From an uncultured Bacilli bacterium (GTDB lineage Bacteria; Bacillota_I; Bacilli_A; RF39; UBA660), in assembly GCA_910584085.1 (NCBI GenBank), contig CAJTZY010000002.1, positions 61,043 to 125,042 on the forward strand: 64,000 bases of DNA, written 5' to 3'. Position 1 is the first letter of the stretch; every line of letters starts with the position of its first letter. Both the position numbers and the translations under genes were made by a program. Positions 55,525 through 64,000 of this stretch are shown here, one piece after another. The notes beneath the pieces were generated by a model. That model saw only the letters and a program-made list of their open reading frames with translations. It did not search any database and was not told the DNA's origin.

Positions 55525-56430
55525 TTAATTGATTAATTCTTCTATTTCGTTATTACTAAGTTTTGTTGCTTCTAAAATTATATTTTTATCTAATCCCATT
55601 TTTAACATATTTTTAGCAATTTCAAGTTCCTTTTCTTTAGCACCTTCAATTTTGCCTTCAGCAATTCCTTCAGCTTTGCCCTCGGCCCTACCTTCAGCCA
55701 TGGCCTTAATTTTAGCTCCATCAATTTGTGTTCTTCTAATTTTCTCTGCTTCTACTTCTGCATCGTATAATCCCATTATTTCTTCATCATTACTTAACTC
55801 TTCTAATCTTTTAGACACTTTTTTCATAATCTTATCATCTCCTGCAATAGTTCTTGCAAATTCTTTTGTTTCTGCCATTAATAGTAAACAGTATCTTTCG
55901 AATTTACTTAAACTTTTTACAGACTTATTATAGCACGTATCATGGATATATGCTAGATTAACATGATATTTTATTTCACTTTCCTTAAGTATTTCATTTG
56001 TTGTATCCTCCTTATATACAAATTTATATATCTCTTGATTATTTTCAAAATAATAAAAATCATTAAAATTTATTTGTATAATTTTTCCACTTTCTAAATA
56101 ACTTTTACCTCTTTTATAAAGATTATCAGATAATCTATAAAAGTAAGCATTACTTTTATCAAATACTCCGTCATAATATTCTTTATTTAGTTCTATATTT
56201 ATATATTTATTCCCAATACTTACTATAATATCACTTCTCATATTTTTATCATTTTTATTATTTATAATATATTCTGAGTTTTCTATTTTCATATTTTCTA
56301 ATTCACTTACAGATATACCTGTAATACAACTGATTAAATCTTTTAAGTAATCCTCATTATTTGGGTCTAACATTATTCCTTTGAACATACAGTCATATAC
56401 TCCAAGTAGTAGTTTTTCATCATCTTTCAT
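55525..56430 (-). CDS. Rpn-family recombination-promoting nuclease / putative transposase (YhgA-like)
   Basis: PD-(D/E)xK-like N-region. C-terminal AEGRAEGKAEGIAEGKIEG repeats and a tail NMLKMGLDKNIILEATKLSNNEIEEL typical of Rpn/DUF4351. Start set at the internal Met, which has a GGAGGA RBS. Confidence 0.65.
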   Translation of the reverse strand: MKDDEKLLLGVYDCMFKGIMLDPNNEDYLKDLISCITGISVSELENMKIENSEYIINNKNDKNMRSDIIVSIGNKYINIELNKEYYDGVFDKSNAYFYRLSDNLYKRGKSYLESGKIIQINFNDFYYFENNQEIYKFVYKEDTTNEILKESEIKYHVNLAYIHDTCYNKSVKSLSKFERYCLLLMAETKEFARTIAGDDKIMKKVSKRLEELSNDEEIMGLYDAEVEAEKIRRTQIDGAKIKAMAEGRAEGKAEGIAEGKIEGAKEKELEIAKNMLKMGLDKNIILEATKLSNNEIEELIN

Positions 56431-56923
56431 ATTATTCCTCCAATCATTAGTACCCCTTTTTATTCTAAATTTAGTGATTTTCCTATATATATTATACGAG
56501 AAAACTTTCCCATTTCCTTTTTTATTTTGTAAGAAGTTAAAAAAATTCAATGTAAATTTAAAAGAACAATATCCTATATTTATTAGATTTTAAATTTTAT
56601 ATTCAAGGAACGAAAACATTAGTGGCTTATTATGAATTTATATCAGATGTAAATCTAGAGATGGTGTTTATGATGAAAAATATGTTACAGTACTTGGGCA
56701 GTATATATTGAGACTATAGGTGTATTACCTTCTATAACTAGTGAGTAATCATGAATTTATATAAAACTTTAACAATTGAATAATAAAAATAGCTATAATA
56801 TTACCTTTATTATTAGTGGTTAGATCTTTGTATATTTACTATTACCCTCTTATTTATTAAGTTTTTTAAATAATATTCTATTATTTTTTTTAAGAGTTTG
56901 ATATAATTAATATAGGTGTAGAT

Positions 56924-57946
56924 ATGAGAAATATATATGGAATAACATTTGAAGAATTGGAAAAATATTTTTTAGATAAAAATGACAAAAAGTTTAAAGC
57001 AGTTCAAGTATTTGACTGGGTATATAAAAAAAGAATTAATAGTTTTGATGAAATGAGAAATATATCAAAGGATACTATTAATGATATGATGAATAATTTT
57101 TATTTTCAAAAACTAGAAATAATTAGGAAACAAGAAGATATTGATGTTGCTAAATACTTATTTAAACTAAGTGATAATGAGTTAGTTGAGGCTGTTGTTA
57201 TGTATCATGATTATGGAACTAGTATATGTATTTCAACACAAGTTGGGTGCAACATTGGATGCAAATTTTGTGAAAGTGGTAGACTAAAAAAAGTAAGAAA
57301 CCTTGAAGTATATGAAATGGTATCTCAAATACTTATGGTCGAGGAAGATATAGATAAAAGATTATCTCATATAGTTTTAATGGGAATTGGAGAACCATTT
57401 GATAATTATGATAATGTTATTAAATTTATAGATATTGTAAATTCTGGTAAAGGAATTGATATAGGAAGTCGTCATATAACAGTGTCTACATGTGGAATTG
57501 TACCAAAAATAATAGAATTTTCGAATTATGATAAACAAGTAAATTTGGCAATTAGTTTGCACGCACCTACTAATGAAATTAGAGATAAAATTATGAATAT
57601 TAATAAGGTATATAAAATAGAGGATATAATAGAATCTATAAAATATTATATTTCTAAAACAAATAGAAGGGTAACTTTTGAATATATAATGTTAGACGGT
57701 ATTAATGACAGTAGTGAATGTGCGGTATCTTTAAGTAAACTACTTAAAGGAATAAATTGCTATGTAAATATAATACCTTATAATGAAACTAGTCATATAG
57801 AATATAAAAAAAGTAATAAAGAAAAACTTATGAATTTTTATGATATATTAAAAAAGAATAATATTGGAGTTACAATAAGAAGAGAGTTTGGCAGTAAGGT
57901 TAATGCTGCATGTGGACAGTTACGTTCACACTATGAGGAGGAATAA
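56924..57946 (+). CDS. rlmN: dual-specificity 23S rRNA/tRNA adenine-C2 methyltransferase
   Basis: STQVGCNIGCKFCESG (radical SAM motif) and C-terminal NAACGQL. 340 aa. Confidence 0.9.
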   Translation: MRNIYGITFEELEKYFLDKNDKKFKAVQVFDWVYKKRINSFDEMRNISKDTINDMMNNFYFQKLEIIRKQEDIDVAKYLFKLSDNELVEAVVMYHDYGTSICISTQVGCNIGCKFCESGRLKKVRNLEVYEMVSQILMVEEDIDKRLSHIVLMGIGEPFDNYDNVIKFIDIVNSGKGIDIGSRHITVSTCGIVPKIIEFSNYDKQVNLAISLHAPTNEIRDKIMNINKVYKIEDIIESIKYYISKTNRRVTFEYIMLDGINDSSECAVSLSKLLKGINCYVNIIPYNETSHIEYKKSNKEKLMNFYDILKKNNIGVTIRREFGSKVNAACGQLRSHYEEE

Positions 57947-57947
57947 T

Positions 57948-58691
57948 ATGAATTATTATTATATAACTGATCCTGGAAAAATAAGAGAAAGAAATGAAGA
58001 TAGTGTATGTATTTGTGAAAATGCATCAGGTGAGATTTTACTTATAGTTGCTGATGGTATGGGAGGACATAAAGATGGTGAGGTAGCGTCTTCTATCGCA
58101 CTTCAACTTATTTGTGAAAGGTTTAAGAGTATTAGTAGTGTTGGAAATAGAGAAGATGCGATTAATTGGATTCAAAGTACTGTAAGTGAAGCAAATATGG
58201 CCATATTTAAATATGTTGCAGATCATCCAGAAAGTCAAGGGATGGGAACTACAGTAGTTCTATCAATTCTTACTCCATCATTTTTACTTATAGGAAATAT
58301 TGGAGATTCATCTGGTTATATCTATAAAAATAATAAAATGCATAAAATAACTGTGGATCATACATTAGTTAATTTACTTGTAAAAAGTGGAGAATTAACA
58401 GAGGAAGAAGCTAAAAATCATCCTAAAAAAAATGTACTTATGAAGGCACTTGGCTCAAGTACAAATGTTGAGATGGATATATTTAATGTTGAACTAAATA
58501 TAGATGGAATATTCTTATGTAGTGATGGACTTACAAATATGTTAGATGATACACAAATTGCTAAAGTATTAGGTGAAGAAAGTTCACTAAGGCAAAAATT
58601 AGAAAAATTAATATTTAAAGCTAATAATCGTGGAGGTAATGATAATATATCAATTGCTTGTTTAATTAAGGAGGAATCACATGATAACTAA
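57948..58691 (+). CDS. stp: PP2C-family Ser/Thr phosphatase
   Basis: DGMGGH and the PPM motifs. Start at ATG 57948 with a GGAGGAA RBS. Confidence 0.85.
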   Translation: MNYYYITDPGKIRERNEDSVCICENASGEILLIVADGMGGHKDGEVASSIALQLICERFKSISSVGNREDAINWIQSTVSEANMAIFKYVADHPESQGMGTTVVLSILTPSFLLIGNIGDSSGYIYKNNKMHKITVDHTLVNLLVKSGELTEEEAKNHPKKNVLMKALGSSTNVEMDIFNVELNIDGIFLCSDGLTNMLDDTQIAKVLGEESSLRQKLEKLIFKANNRGGNDNISIACLIKEESHDN

Positions 58692-60438
58692 GGGAGAACT
58701 TATTGACAATCGTTATAAAATTATCAAATCTATTGGTGAAGGTGGAATGGCCAATGTTTACCTAGCATGGGACACTATACTTGAAAGAGAAGTAGCGGTA
58801 AAAGTTTTAAGGGGTGATTTATCGGGTGATGAAAAGTTTGTAAGAAGATTTCAAAGAGAGGCGAATTCTGCAAGTTCATTAAGACACCCAAATATAGTTG
58901 AAATGTATGATGTTGGCGAAGATAATGGCAAATATTTTATCGTTATGGAATATGTTGATGGTAAAACATTAAAAAATTTAATAAAAAAACGTGGTCCACT
59001 TAATTTAACTGAGTCTATTGATATTATGTTACAACTTTCAAGTGGAATAGCATGCGCCCATGATAGCTATATAATTCATAGAGATATTAAACCGCAGAAT
59101 GTACTTATTTTGGAAGATGGAAGAGTTAAAATTACTGATTTTGGTATTGCTATGGCACTTAATAGTAACGAACTTACTCAAACTAATTCTGTTATGGGGT
59201 CTGTTCACTATTTACCACCAGAACAGGCAAGTGGAAGCGGTTCTACTATAAAAAGTGATATATATTCACTTGGTATTTTAATGTATGAACTTTTAACAGG
59301 CAAGGTACCTTTTAAAGGTGATAATGCAGTTGAAATTGCAATAAAACATATGAAGGATCCAATTCCAAGTGTATGTGAGTTTAACTCATCAATACCTCAA
59401 AGTGTTGAAAATATTGTTTTAAAAGCATGCGCGAAAAATCCAAAAAATAGATATGAATCAGTATCCCTAATGTATCAGGATTTAAAAACTTGTTTAGATG
59501 AAACAAGAAAGGATGAAGCAAGATTAGTATACAAATATCCAGAACACAATGTTGAAGATACAAAAACTATTTCTAAATTAGAGTCAAGAGAAATAAAAAA
59601 TAAGTCTTTAGGTGACGAAGATAATACTTTTGTTGATAAGGCAGATAAAAGAATAAACATCGCTTTAATAATTGTTGGGGTAGTATGTGTTAGTATAGTG
59701 TTTATAGGACTTTTATTTATATTGATATTTAGTGCAGATAAGACAAAAGATGTTTATGTACCAAATAATTTAACAGGATTGTCCGAAAAAGAAGCATGTG
59801 CAAAAATAGAAAAGCAAGGTTTAATATGTTCTGTAAGATATACATATGAAGAAGAGTATGACAATGATTATGTTATAAAGGTAAGTCCAAAGTCCTCATC
59901 TAAAATAAAACAAGGAAATACAGTAACCATAACTGTTTCAACTTTTGATGAAACTATTGAAGTAGATGATTATACTGGTGAGGCATTAGATGTTATAAAG
60001 GCAGAACTTGAGGAAGAAGGTATAAGGGTAGTTGCAACTCCTAAAAAGGTTTCATCGGAAGAAGAAATAGAGGAAAAAGCTATTATTTCTCAAAGCGTTG
60101 AGAAAGGTAAAAGGTTATCTAAAAATAGTGGAATTATTGAACTTACTTATGCTACCCTTATAACAGTTTATCCTGATTTTACAGATGGAACTTATAATAG
60201 AGATTTAATACAACAATTCTGTGATGATAATAAGATTACTTGTATTTTTAAAGAAGAAGAAGATAATAATTTTAAAGAGGGAGCAATAATATTACAATCA
60301 AGAGATGTTGGTGATGAAGTTAGAGTAAATACATCTATTACCATTACTATTGCTAAAAATAAAAAAATTGAGATTCCTGTTGAACCAGAAAATTCGAATA
60401 GTGAAGATAATAAAGATAATGAACAAATAGAAGGATAA
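58681..60438 (+). CDS. prkC: Ser/Thr protein kinase with PASTA repeats
   Basis: Hanks kinase motifs (GEGGMANVY, HRDIKPQN, DFGIA), a TM segment, and PASTA-like C-terminal repeats. Confidence 0.9.
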   Translation: MITKGELIDNRYKIIKSIGEGGMANVYLAWDTILEREVAVKVLRGDLSGDEKFVRRFQREANSASSLRHPNIVEMYDVGEDNGKYFIVMEYVDGKTLKNLIKKRGPLNLTESIDIMLQLSSGIACAHDSYIIHRDIKPQNVLILEDGRVKITDFGIAMALNSNELTQTNSVMGSVHYLPPEQASGSGSTIKSDIYSLGILMYELLTGKVPFKGDNAVEIAIKHMKDPIPSVCEFNSSIPQSVENIVLKACAKNPKNRYESVSLMYQDLKTCLDETRKDEARLVYKYPEHNVEDTKTISKLESREIKNKSLGDEDNTFVDKADKRINIALIIVGVVCVSIVFIGLLFILIFSADKTKDVYVPNNLTGLSEKEACAKIEKQGLICSVRYTYEEEYDNDYVIKVSPKSSSKIKQGNTVTITVSTFDETIEVDDYTGEALDVIKAELEEEGIRVVATPKKVSSEEEIEEKAIISQSVEKGKRLSKNSGIIELTYATLITVYPDFTDGTYNRDLIQQFCDDNKITCIFKEEEDNNFKEGAIILQSRDVGDEVRVNTSITITIAKNKKIEIPVEPENSNSEDNKDNEQIEG

Positions 60439-60442
60439 GTTA

Positions 60443-61273
60443 ATGGTTGGAAAAATAATTAAACAGATAAGTAATGATTATACTGTAAAAGTGGATAATA
60501 ATTTATATGTGTGTAAAGCGAGAGGTAAATTTCGTAATTTATGTATAACACCTCTTGTTGGTGATAATGTAGAAATTGATGAAAAAAATAATTATATATT
60601 AAACATATTAGAAAGAAAAAATGAATTAGTTAGACCTAGTATATCTAATATAGATCAAGCAGTTATTGTCACAAGTGTAAAAATACCGGATTTTTCGTCT
60701 AATTTACTTGATAAGTTACTTAATATAATAGAATTTAATAATATTAAGCCAATTATATGTTTTACAAAGTTAGATTTATTAAATACAGATGAATTAAAGT
60801 ATATTGAGGTTATACAAAAATATTACAAAAAAATAGGCTATGAGGTCTATAATAATGCAGATTCTTCTTTAAAAGAAATATTTAAAAATAAAATAACAGT
60901 ATTTGCAGGGCAAAGTGGAGCTGGGAAAAGTTCCTTACTTAATAGATTAGATAGTAATTTAAATCTTGAAATAGGTGAGGTGTCTATTGCTTTGGGTAGG
61001 GGAAGACATACTACAAGGCATACTGAATTAATAGAGGTCCTAGGAGGTTTGATAGCTGATACACCAGGTTTTTCTGCACTTGACTTTAAAGATATGAAAA
61101 ATACTGATATTAGGGATAATTTTATAGAATTTAATTATTATAAAAGTGCTTGTGAATATAAAGATTGTATGCATGTTAATGAAACAAAATGTGGTGTTAA
61201 AGAAAATGTAAAAAATAAAAATATATTAAAAAGTAGATATGATAATTATTTAAAATTTATAGAAAAAAGGTGA
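60443..61273 (+). CDS. rsgA: ribosome small-subunit-dependent GTPase A
   Basis: Circularly permuted GTPase with GQSGAGKSSLLN and a C-terminal zinc-finger region with Cys/His. Confidence 0.85.
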   Translation: MVGKIIKQISNDYTVKVDNNLYVCKARGKFRNLCITPLVGDNVEIDEKNNYILNILERKNELVRPSISNIDQAVIVTSVKIPDFSSNLLDKLLNIIEFNNIKPIICFTKLDLLNTDELKYIEVIQKYYKKIGYEVYNNADSSLKEIFKNKITVFAGQSGAGKSSLLNRLDSNLNLEIGEVSIALGRGRHTTRHTELIEVLGGLIADTPGFSALDFKDMKNTDIRDNFIEFNYYKSACEYKDCMHVNETKCGVKENVKNKNILKSRYDNYLKFIEKR

Positions 61274-61276
61274 ATT

Positions 61277-61906
61277 ATGAAGATTGCGGCATCTTTCTTA
61301 GATATAAAAGAGCCTAAATTCAGAGAAGTTACAAAACTAAGTAATTTAGATGTTGATTATTTACATTTAGATGTTATGGATGGAATATTTGTAGAAAATA
61401 AAACTTATAGTTATGATGAGTTTAGGGAAATAGTTAAATATACAACAAAACCTAAAGATATACATTTAATGGTAAGTAATGTAAAAAAATATATAGATGA
61501 GTTTTCTAAGTTTAATCCCGAATTTATAACATTTCATCTAGAAGCAGTTGATGAAGTTAATGGTGTTATAAGGTATATTCATGAAAAAGGTATTAAAGCT
61601 GGAATATCGATTAAACCGTCTACTGATATTATAGAAATAATTAATTATTTGGATTGTGTTGATTTAGTACTTGTCATGAGCGTTGAACCTGGTCGTGGTG
61701 GGCAAAGTTTTATTCCCGACAGTGTAAAGAAAATTGAACAACTATATAATATAAGAAGTCAACAAAATTATCAGTTTTTAATAGAAGTTGATGGCGGAAT
61801 AAACGATGAGACTATTAAGAAATGTGATAAGGCTGATATATGTGTTGTAGGTAGTTATATAACTAAACAAGATTATAGTGAAGCAATAAAAAAATTAAGA
61901 GATTAA
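61277..61906 (+). CDS. rpe: ribulose-phosphate 3-epimerase
   Basis: HLDVMDG and VMSVEPGRGGQSF motifs. Confidence 0.9.
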   Translation: MKIAASFLDIKEPKFREVTKLSNLDVDYLHLDVMDGIFVENKTYSYDEFREIVKYTTKPKDIHLMVSNVKKYIDEFSKFNPEFITFHLEAVDEVNGVIRYIHEKGIKAGISIKPSTDIIEIINYLDCVDLVLVMSVEPGRGGQSFIPDSVKKIEQLYNIRSQQNYQFLIEVDGGINDETIKKCDKADICVVGSYITKQDYSEAIKKLRD

Positions 61907-61962
61907 AATTTTATTAAAAATATATCATTTTTAATAAAAATAGTGTATATTAGTTAAAAGGA

Positions 61963-62391
61963 GTGAGTGTTATGGATTTTATAAAGAGTAATAAAAAATG
62001 GATTGGTATAGGTGCATGTATAGTTGCCTTACTTGGAACATTTTTTAACTTTGTTACTGCTAAAGTGCTTTTTATGTCTAAATCAGTTACATATTTTAGT
62101 ACAAATGATGGAAAGATTGCTGTAGTTGCTATAATAGTTTCTGCTGTATTGATTTATTTAAAAAAGGAAAAGGTTTCATTAATTACTTTAGTAGGTAGTT
62201 TAGGGCTTACCATTTATGATGGAATAGATGGAATACAAAAGTTAAAAGAAGCAGCTAGTGTTTATGGAACTGCATCATTATCTATTGGTTTTTATATAAT
62301 TGTAATAGGCCTTGCTATAGCAATTGCCATTCAATTTATAAAAAGCGATAAAACTTCTAATAAAAAACAAGAAGTAAGTAGTAATCAATAA
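61963..62391 (+). CDS. hypothetical membrane protein
   Basis: 142 aa with 3-4 TM helices. Confidence 0.45.
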   Translation: MSVMDFIKSNKKWIGIGACIVALLGTFFNFVTAKVLFMSKSVTYFSTNDGKIAVVAIIVSAVLIYLKKEKVSLITLVGSLGLTIYDGIDGIQKLKEAASVYGTASLSIGFYIIVIGLAIAIAIQFIKSDKTSNKKQEVSSNQ

Positions 62392-62514
62392 AATAAAAAA
62401 AGTATATTATATAAATTTAGGTAATAAAATAATATATTATCTTTTTTTATTTGCCTAAAATCTTGCTAAAAAATTAATTTTATTATATACTATATAGGTA
62501 CTGGAGGAAGATTT

Positions 62515-63777
62515 ATGGAAAAAAATAAAAATTTAAAAGAAATAGTTATAAAAGTAGAAGGAGAAAAGTGGGAACAAGCATTAGATAAGGCATTTAAAAA
62601 AGCAAATGCTAAGGCTAAAATAGATGGATTTAGACCAGGTAAAGCACCTAAGGATATATTTTTAAAACATTATGGTATTGAATCTTTATTTATGGATGCT
62701 TCAGAATATTGTGTGGAAGATGCATATAGCAAGATGCTAGAAGAAAATAAAGATTTAGAAATAGCTGCACAGCCTATGTTAGATATTAGATCAATTGATA
62801 AAGATTATATTGAGTATGTATTTACACTAACATTAAAGCCAGAAGTTAAATTAGGTAAATATACAGGGTTAAATGTAAAAAAAGATGTTGTTAAAGTAAC
62901 TAAGAAGGAAATAGAAGAAGCTATTGACCATATGAGAGAACATTATAAAGAAAATGTCATTAAAGATGGTGCTGTAGAAAATGGTAATATTGCTATAATA
63001 GATTTTGAAGGATTTAAGGATGGAGTAGCTTTTGAAGGTGGAAAAGGTGAAAATTATTCACTTGAAATAGGTTCAAATACTTTTATTCCAGGTTTCGAGG
63101 AACAAATTATTGGTATGAAAGTTGGAGATGAAAAGGATATTAACGTTACTTTCCCAGAAGATTATCATGTTGAAGATTTGAAGGGATCACCTGTTGTATT
63201 TAAAGTAAAAGTAAATGAAGTAAAAGAAGTTAAAATACCAGAAATAGATAAAGAATTTTTTGAAGATTTAGGTATGGAAGGTATTGATACTAAAGAGGCT
63301 TTAGAAAATCAAGTAAAAGAAAATATAACTGCTAGTAAAGAAGCAAAGGCAGAGGATAAATATATAAATGATTTACTTTCTGAAATTTCTAAGAATACTG
63401 AAATTGATATACCAGATACAATGATTAATGATGAAACTGATAGAATGGTTAATGAATTTGCTGAACATATTAGAATGCAAGGCATTTCTATAGAACAATT
63501 TTATCAATATACGAATTCAAGTAAAGAAGCTCTAAAAGAGCAATATAAAGAAGAAGCTTTGAAAAGAATCAAGTATAGATTAATTATAGAACAAATTATA
63601 AAAACAGAAAAAATAAGTGTAACAGATAAAGAAGTGGACGAAAAAATAGACGAACTTGCTAAAAAATATAATATGACTAAGGAAGAAGTAAAGAAACAAT
63701 ATGGCGAAAATATAGATTATATTAAATATGATTTAGAAGTTCAAAAGGCATTTGATATTATTAAAGGTGATAAATAA
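62515..63777 (+). CDS. tig: trigger factor
   Basis: N-terminal ribosome-binding GFRPGKAPK motif; PPIase middle domain. Confidence 0.9.
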   Translation: MEKNKNLKEIVIKVEGEKWEQALDKAFKKANAKAKIDGFRPGKAPKDIFLKHYGIESLFMDASEYCVEDAYSKMLEENKDLEIAAQPMLDIRSIDKDYIEYVFTLTLKPEVKLGKYTGLNVKKDVVKVTKKEIEEAIDHMREHYKENVIKDGAVENGNIAIIDFEGFKDGVAFEGGKGENYSLEIGSNTFIPGFEEQIIGMKVGDEKDINVTFPEDYHVEDLKGSPVVFKVKVNEVKEVKIPEIDKEFFEDLGMEGIDTKEALENQVKENITASKEAKAEDKYINDLLSEISKNTEIDIPDTMINDETDRMVNEFAEHIRMQGISIEQFYQYTNSSKEALKEQYKEEALKRIKYRLIIEQIIKTEKISVTDKEVDEKIDELAKKYNMTKEEVKKQYGENIDYIKYDLEVQKAFDIIKGDK

Positions 63778-63835
63778 TCATCTTTTTTTCTTGCTTTATA
63801 ATATTAATTAATATATAATTTAAATAGGTGGTTTT

Positions 63836-64000
63836 ATGGAACAAATAGTAGAATTATTAAAGAGTAATAATTACCAAATATCTAAAGAATTATTATTTAA
63901 TTATAAGAGGTTAAATATCACAGATAGTGAGTTGATTATAATAATTTATTTAATAAATCAGTGTAGTAATATTTATAATCCTAAACAGATAAGTAATGAT
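63836..64000 (+). CDS. hypothetical protein, 3' end truncated by window edge
   Basis: ATG at 63836 and an open frame to the window end. Not ClpP-like. Confidence 0.3.
   Translation, partial: MEQIVELLKSNNYQISKELLFNYKRLNITDSELIIIIYLINQCSNIYNPKQISND

Overview
This is a low-GC (about 27-30% GC) Clostridia-type chromosomal segment with almost all genes on the + strand. Five blocks stand out. (1) 1-14.2 kb is a dense NAD-metabolism string: pncB (5' truncated by the window edge), a NUDIX hydrolase, nadE, a frameshifted small ORF, nadD, pncC/CinA-domain, nadK and an NrtR-like regulator further right at 24.2 kb. Three things interrupt it: a decayed RlmN/Cfr-family radical-SAM pseudogene; a strongly promoted operon encoding a Cys/Ser-rich tail protein plus two radical-SAM enzymes (a candidate RiPP-like system); and a folE / tandem-deaminase / methyltransferase / PNPOx-like block. 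(2) About 18.2-24.2 kb (possibly from 16.2 kb) is a Tn916-family integrative mobilizable element: FtsK-like ATPase, a GC-rich palindromic putative oriT, HUH Rep/relaxase, Xis-Tn and Int-Tn, with small cargo genes and a 20-bp phased repeat array. (3) 25.5-26.3 kb is a 387-bp tandem duplication. Each copy carries a promoter, a 30-aa hydrophobic peptide ORF (absent from the ORF track) and a convergent antisense promoter with a bidirectional terminator, that is, two type I toxin-antitoxin-like modules. (4) 35.4-38.4 kb is a class II bacteriocin locus: C39-peptidase ABC exporter, a short accessory protein, two unannotated double-glycine-leader peptides and a small hydrophobic putative immunity ORF. 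Just upstream sits a GtrA / GT-C / GtrB glycosylation triad with an LRR protein and a GNAT. (5) 38.7-64 kb is housekeeping: rpsU, yqeY, lysS, ackA, nrnA, a pilin-like protein, pgk, a flippase-like membrane protein, a GT4, tpiA, spo0A, PFOR, an Rpn-family nuclease, rlmN, stp, prkC, rsgA, rpe and tig. No rRNA, tRNA or CRISPR array was recognised.
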